Assembly: GCA_041662665.1 (NCBI GenBank)
Contig: JBAZSC010000001.1
Span: 321,511-385,510, forward strand
Origin: Patescibacteria group bacterium
Lineage (GTDB): Bacteria > Patescibacteriota > JABMPQ01 > JAQVVF01
Reading direction: 5' to 3'
Length of the DNA stretch: 64,000 nt
Below, piece after piece: positions 62,324-64,000 of the stretch (positions are counted from its first letter, which is position 1; each line of letters starts with the position of its first letter). The translations under genes were made by a program, and so were the position numbers. The notes below the pieces were generated by a model. The model was given only the letters and a program-made list of their open reading frames with translations, did not search any database and was not told the origin of the DNA.

Positions 62324-63409
62324 ATGTTAAAAATTGTAATTCTAGCAGGAGGAACAGGAACTCGTTTTTGGCCACAAAGTAGAGAATCAACTCCAAAACA
62401 ATTCAGTAAAATCATTGCTGACAAGACAATGATTGAATTAACTTATGAAAGGTTTTTGGCTGATTTCAAAAAAGAAGATATCTATTTTTCAACCAATCAA
62501 AAATTCGCCAAAATTATTAAAAAAATATTTCCAAAAGTTAGCAAGGAAAATATTATTATTGAGCCAGAAAAAAGAGATACAGCACCAGCAATGGGTTTTG
62601 TTGCTGCATATTTAGACAACAAATTTCCAAATGATCCTATGGTTTTTATTCCATCAGATCATTATATTGCAGATGTTAAAAAATTTATCCAATCATTAAA
62701 GTTGGCAAGTAAATTTATTGAAAAAACTGGCAAGATGATGGACATTGCAATTACTCCAAATTTTCCAAGCACCGTTTTAGGATACACTCATATTGGCAAA
62801 AAAAGCCAAGAAACAAATGGCATTAAAATTTATGAATTTAAAGGTCATGTTGAAAAGCCAGATTACAAAACAGCAGAACGATATTTAAAAGCTGGCGATT
62901 ATTTATGGCATGCTAATTTTTATATGTGGACTCCAAAATTATTTTTAGAAGCTTACAAAAAATATTCACCAATCCATTACAAATCTTTAGCCAAAATTAA
63001 AGAATATTTAAAAAACAAAGATCTAAAAAAGGCAGATGATGAATTTAAGAAAATGCCAAAAGATTCAATTGATTATGCTATTACTGAAAAAATGGATCCA
63101 AAAGATGTCTTAATTATCAAAGGTGAATTTGGCTGGAGTGATATTGGCGCTTGGGATGTTTTGTATGATCAATTATCAAAAGAACAAGATGCTTCAAAGA
63201 ATATGGTCAAAGCAGTTTGGGAAGGTTTAGATACAACAGGCTGTTTAGTTTACGGCCCAAAGGATAAAATCATTGCCACAATTGGTGTAGATGATATGAT
63301 CATTATCGACACTCCTGATGCCTTATTAGTCTGTCCGCAAAGCAGAGCCCAAGATGTCAAGAAAATTGTGGAGAGTTTGAAAGCGAAGAAGAAGGAGAAA
63401 TATTTATAA
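62324..63409 (+). CDS. Sugar-phosphate nucleotidyltransferase (mannose-1-phosphate guanylyltransferase-like)
   Basis: The N-terminus ILAGGTGTRFWPQSRESTPKQF is typical of ManC/CpsB-type NTP transferases. Confidence 0.8.
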   Translation: MLKIVILAGGTGTRFWPQSRESTPKQFSKIIADKTMIELTYERFLADFKKEDIYFSTNQKFAKIIKKIFPKVSKENIIIEPEKRDTAPAMGFVAAYLDNKFPNDPMVFIPSDHYIADVKKFIQSLKLASKFIEKTGKMMDIAITPNFPSTVLGYTHIGKKSQETNGIKIYEFKGHVEKPDYKTAERYLKAGDYLWHANFYMWTPKLFLEAYKKYSPIHYKSLAKIKEYLKNKDLKKADDEFKKMPKDSIDYAITEKMDPKDVLIIKGEFGWSDIGAWDVLYDQLSKEQDASKNMVKAVWEGLDTTGCLVYGPKDKIIATIGVDDMIIIDTPDALLVCPQSRAQDVKKIVESLKAKKKEKYL

Positions 63410-63511
63410 TGAAGTATGAATAATGAATTATGAATTATGACTAGAATAATGAATCTAGAATAGAGAATCATTCTTTATTCATTATTCTTAATTCATAATT
63501 CTTGATTTAAC

Positions 63512-64000
63512 ATGGACATCATCAAAAAAGCAATCAGTAAAAATAATATTCAAGCAAATAAGCCATCAAAATATCTTAACCAAAAGAATTACAATCTCTC
63601 TAGGTTAATAATTGTTGCAGTTATTGCTGTTTTGTTTTTGTTTGCAATATATTTTAACCATCAATTTTATAAATCAAATAGCAAAACAAGCAAATTTATA
63701 GAATTCAATGTTTCGCAAGGAGAAAATATTTCACAAATTGCTAAAGATTTGCATAGCCAAAATTTAATTCGCAGCGAATTTTATTTTAAAACTTATGTTT
63801 CTTTGAAGCATGCAAGCCAAAAAATTAATCCAGGCAAATATGAGCTTAATCAAAAAATGAGCGTTGCTGATATTGCTGGCATGATCATCGGCAACAAATC
63901 TTCAAAGCAACAAAAAATAGTGATTATAGAGGGCTGGAATTCCAAACAAATTGCAGAATATCTTGGCGATCTATATGCAAAAATAATGCCAGCAAGAATG
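63512..64000 (+). CDS. mltG: Endolytic transglycosylase MltG/YceG-like, N-terminal part (continues beyond the window)
   Basis: Absent from the track because it runs off the edge. ATG at 63512, then a TM helix and FNVSQGENISQIAKDLHSQNLIRSEFYFKTY ... INPGKYELNQKMS. Confidence 0.7.
   Translation, partial: MDIIKKAISKNNIQANKPSKYLNQKNYNLSRLIIVAVIAVLFLFAIYFNHQFYKSNSKTSKFIEFNVSQGENISQIAKDLHSQNLIRSEFYFKTYVSLKHASQKINPGKYELNQKMSVADIAGMIIGNKSSKQQKIVIIEGWNSKQIAEYLGDLYAKIMPARM

Overview
The backbone is a low-GC (about 30% by eye) chromosome segment that looks like Patescibacteria/CPR; that taxonomic call is an inference from gene content. It carries the 5' end of dnaE, three tandem giant paralogous surface proteins, a SEDS protein, L25 and a complete F1Fo ATP synthase operon. 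It also carries L31-prfA-prmC, an Elp3-like/Trm9-like pair, rpsB, truD, tsf, pyrH, a tRNA cluster, L33 with tRNA-Trp, a U32 peptidase, cca, trxB, a sugar nucleotidyltransferase and mltG. None of the native starts I inspected has a Shine-Dalgarno (SD) motif. Native genes are separated by long AT-rich inverted repeats built from short repeated words.

A second class of genes is superimposed on this backbone. At least 14 monocistronic cassettes have a strong GGAGG SD, and most have their own TTGACA-N17-TATAAT-like promoter and a short hairpin plus T-run terminator. Their GC content is higher than the backbone. They sit in gaps of conserved syntenies (prfA/prmC, rpsB/tsf, upstream of rpmG).

Four GC-rich modules are extreme: about 60-65% GC, with roughly 95% of codons ending in G or C in the largest one. 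They lie at 38.8-39.6 kb, 48.9-49.3 kb, 49.6-49.9 kb and 51.2-53.6 kb. They encode proteins I cannot assign to any family and share a related pyrimidine-rich 3' UTR followed by a hairpin.

Other notable items:
- a complete tRNA-Thr(GGU) nested on a GC-rich stem inside the D-arm of a second tRNA-Thr(GGU);
- an IS200/RAYT-type transposase flanked by two 96-bp direct repeats;
- divergent consensus promoters driving apparently noncoding structured transcripts;
- a 15-mer palindromic motif found in four 3' regions.

I found no CRISPR array, rRNA gene, integrase or reverse transcriptase.
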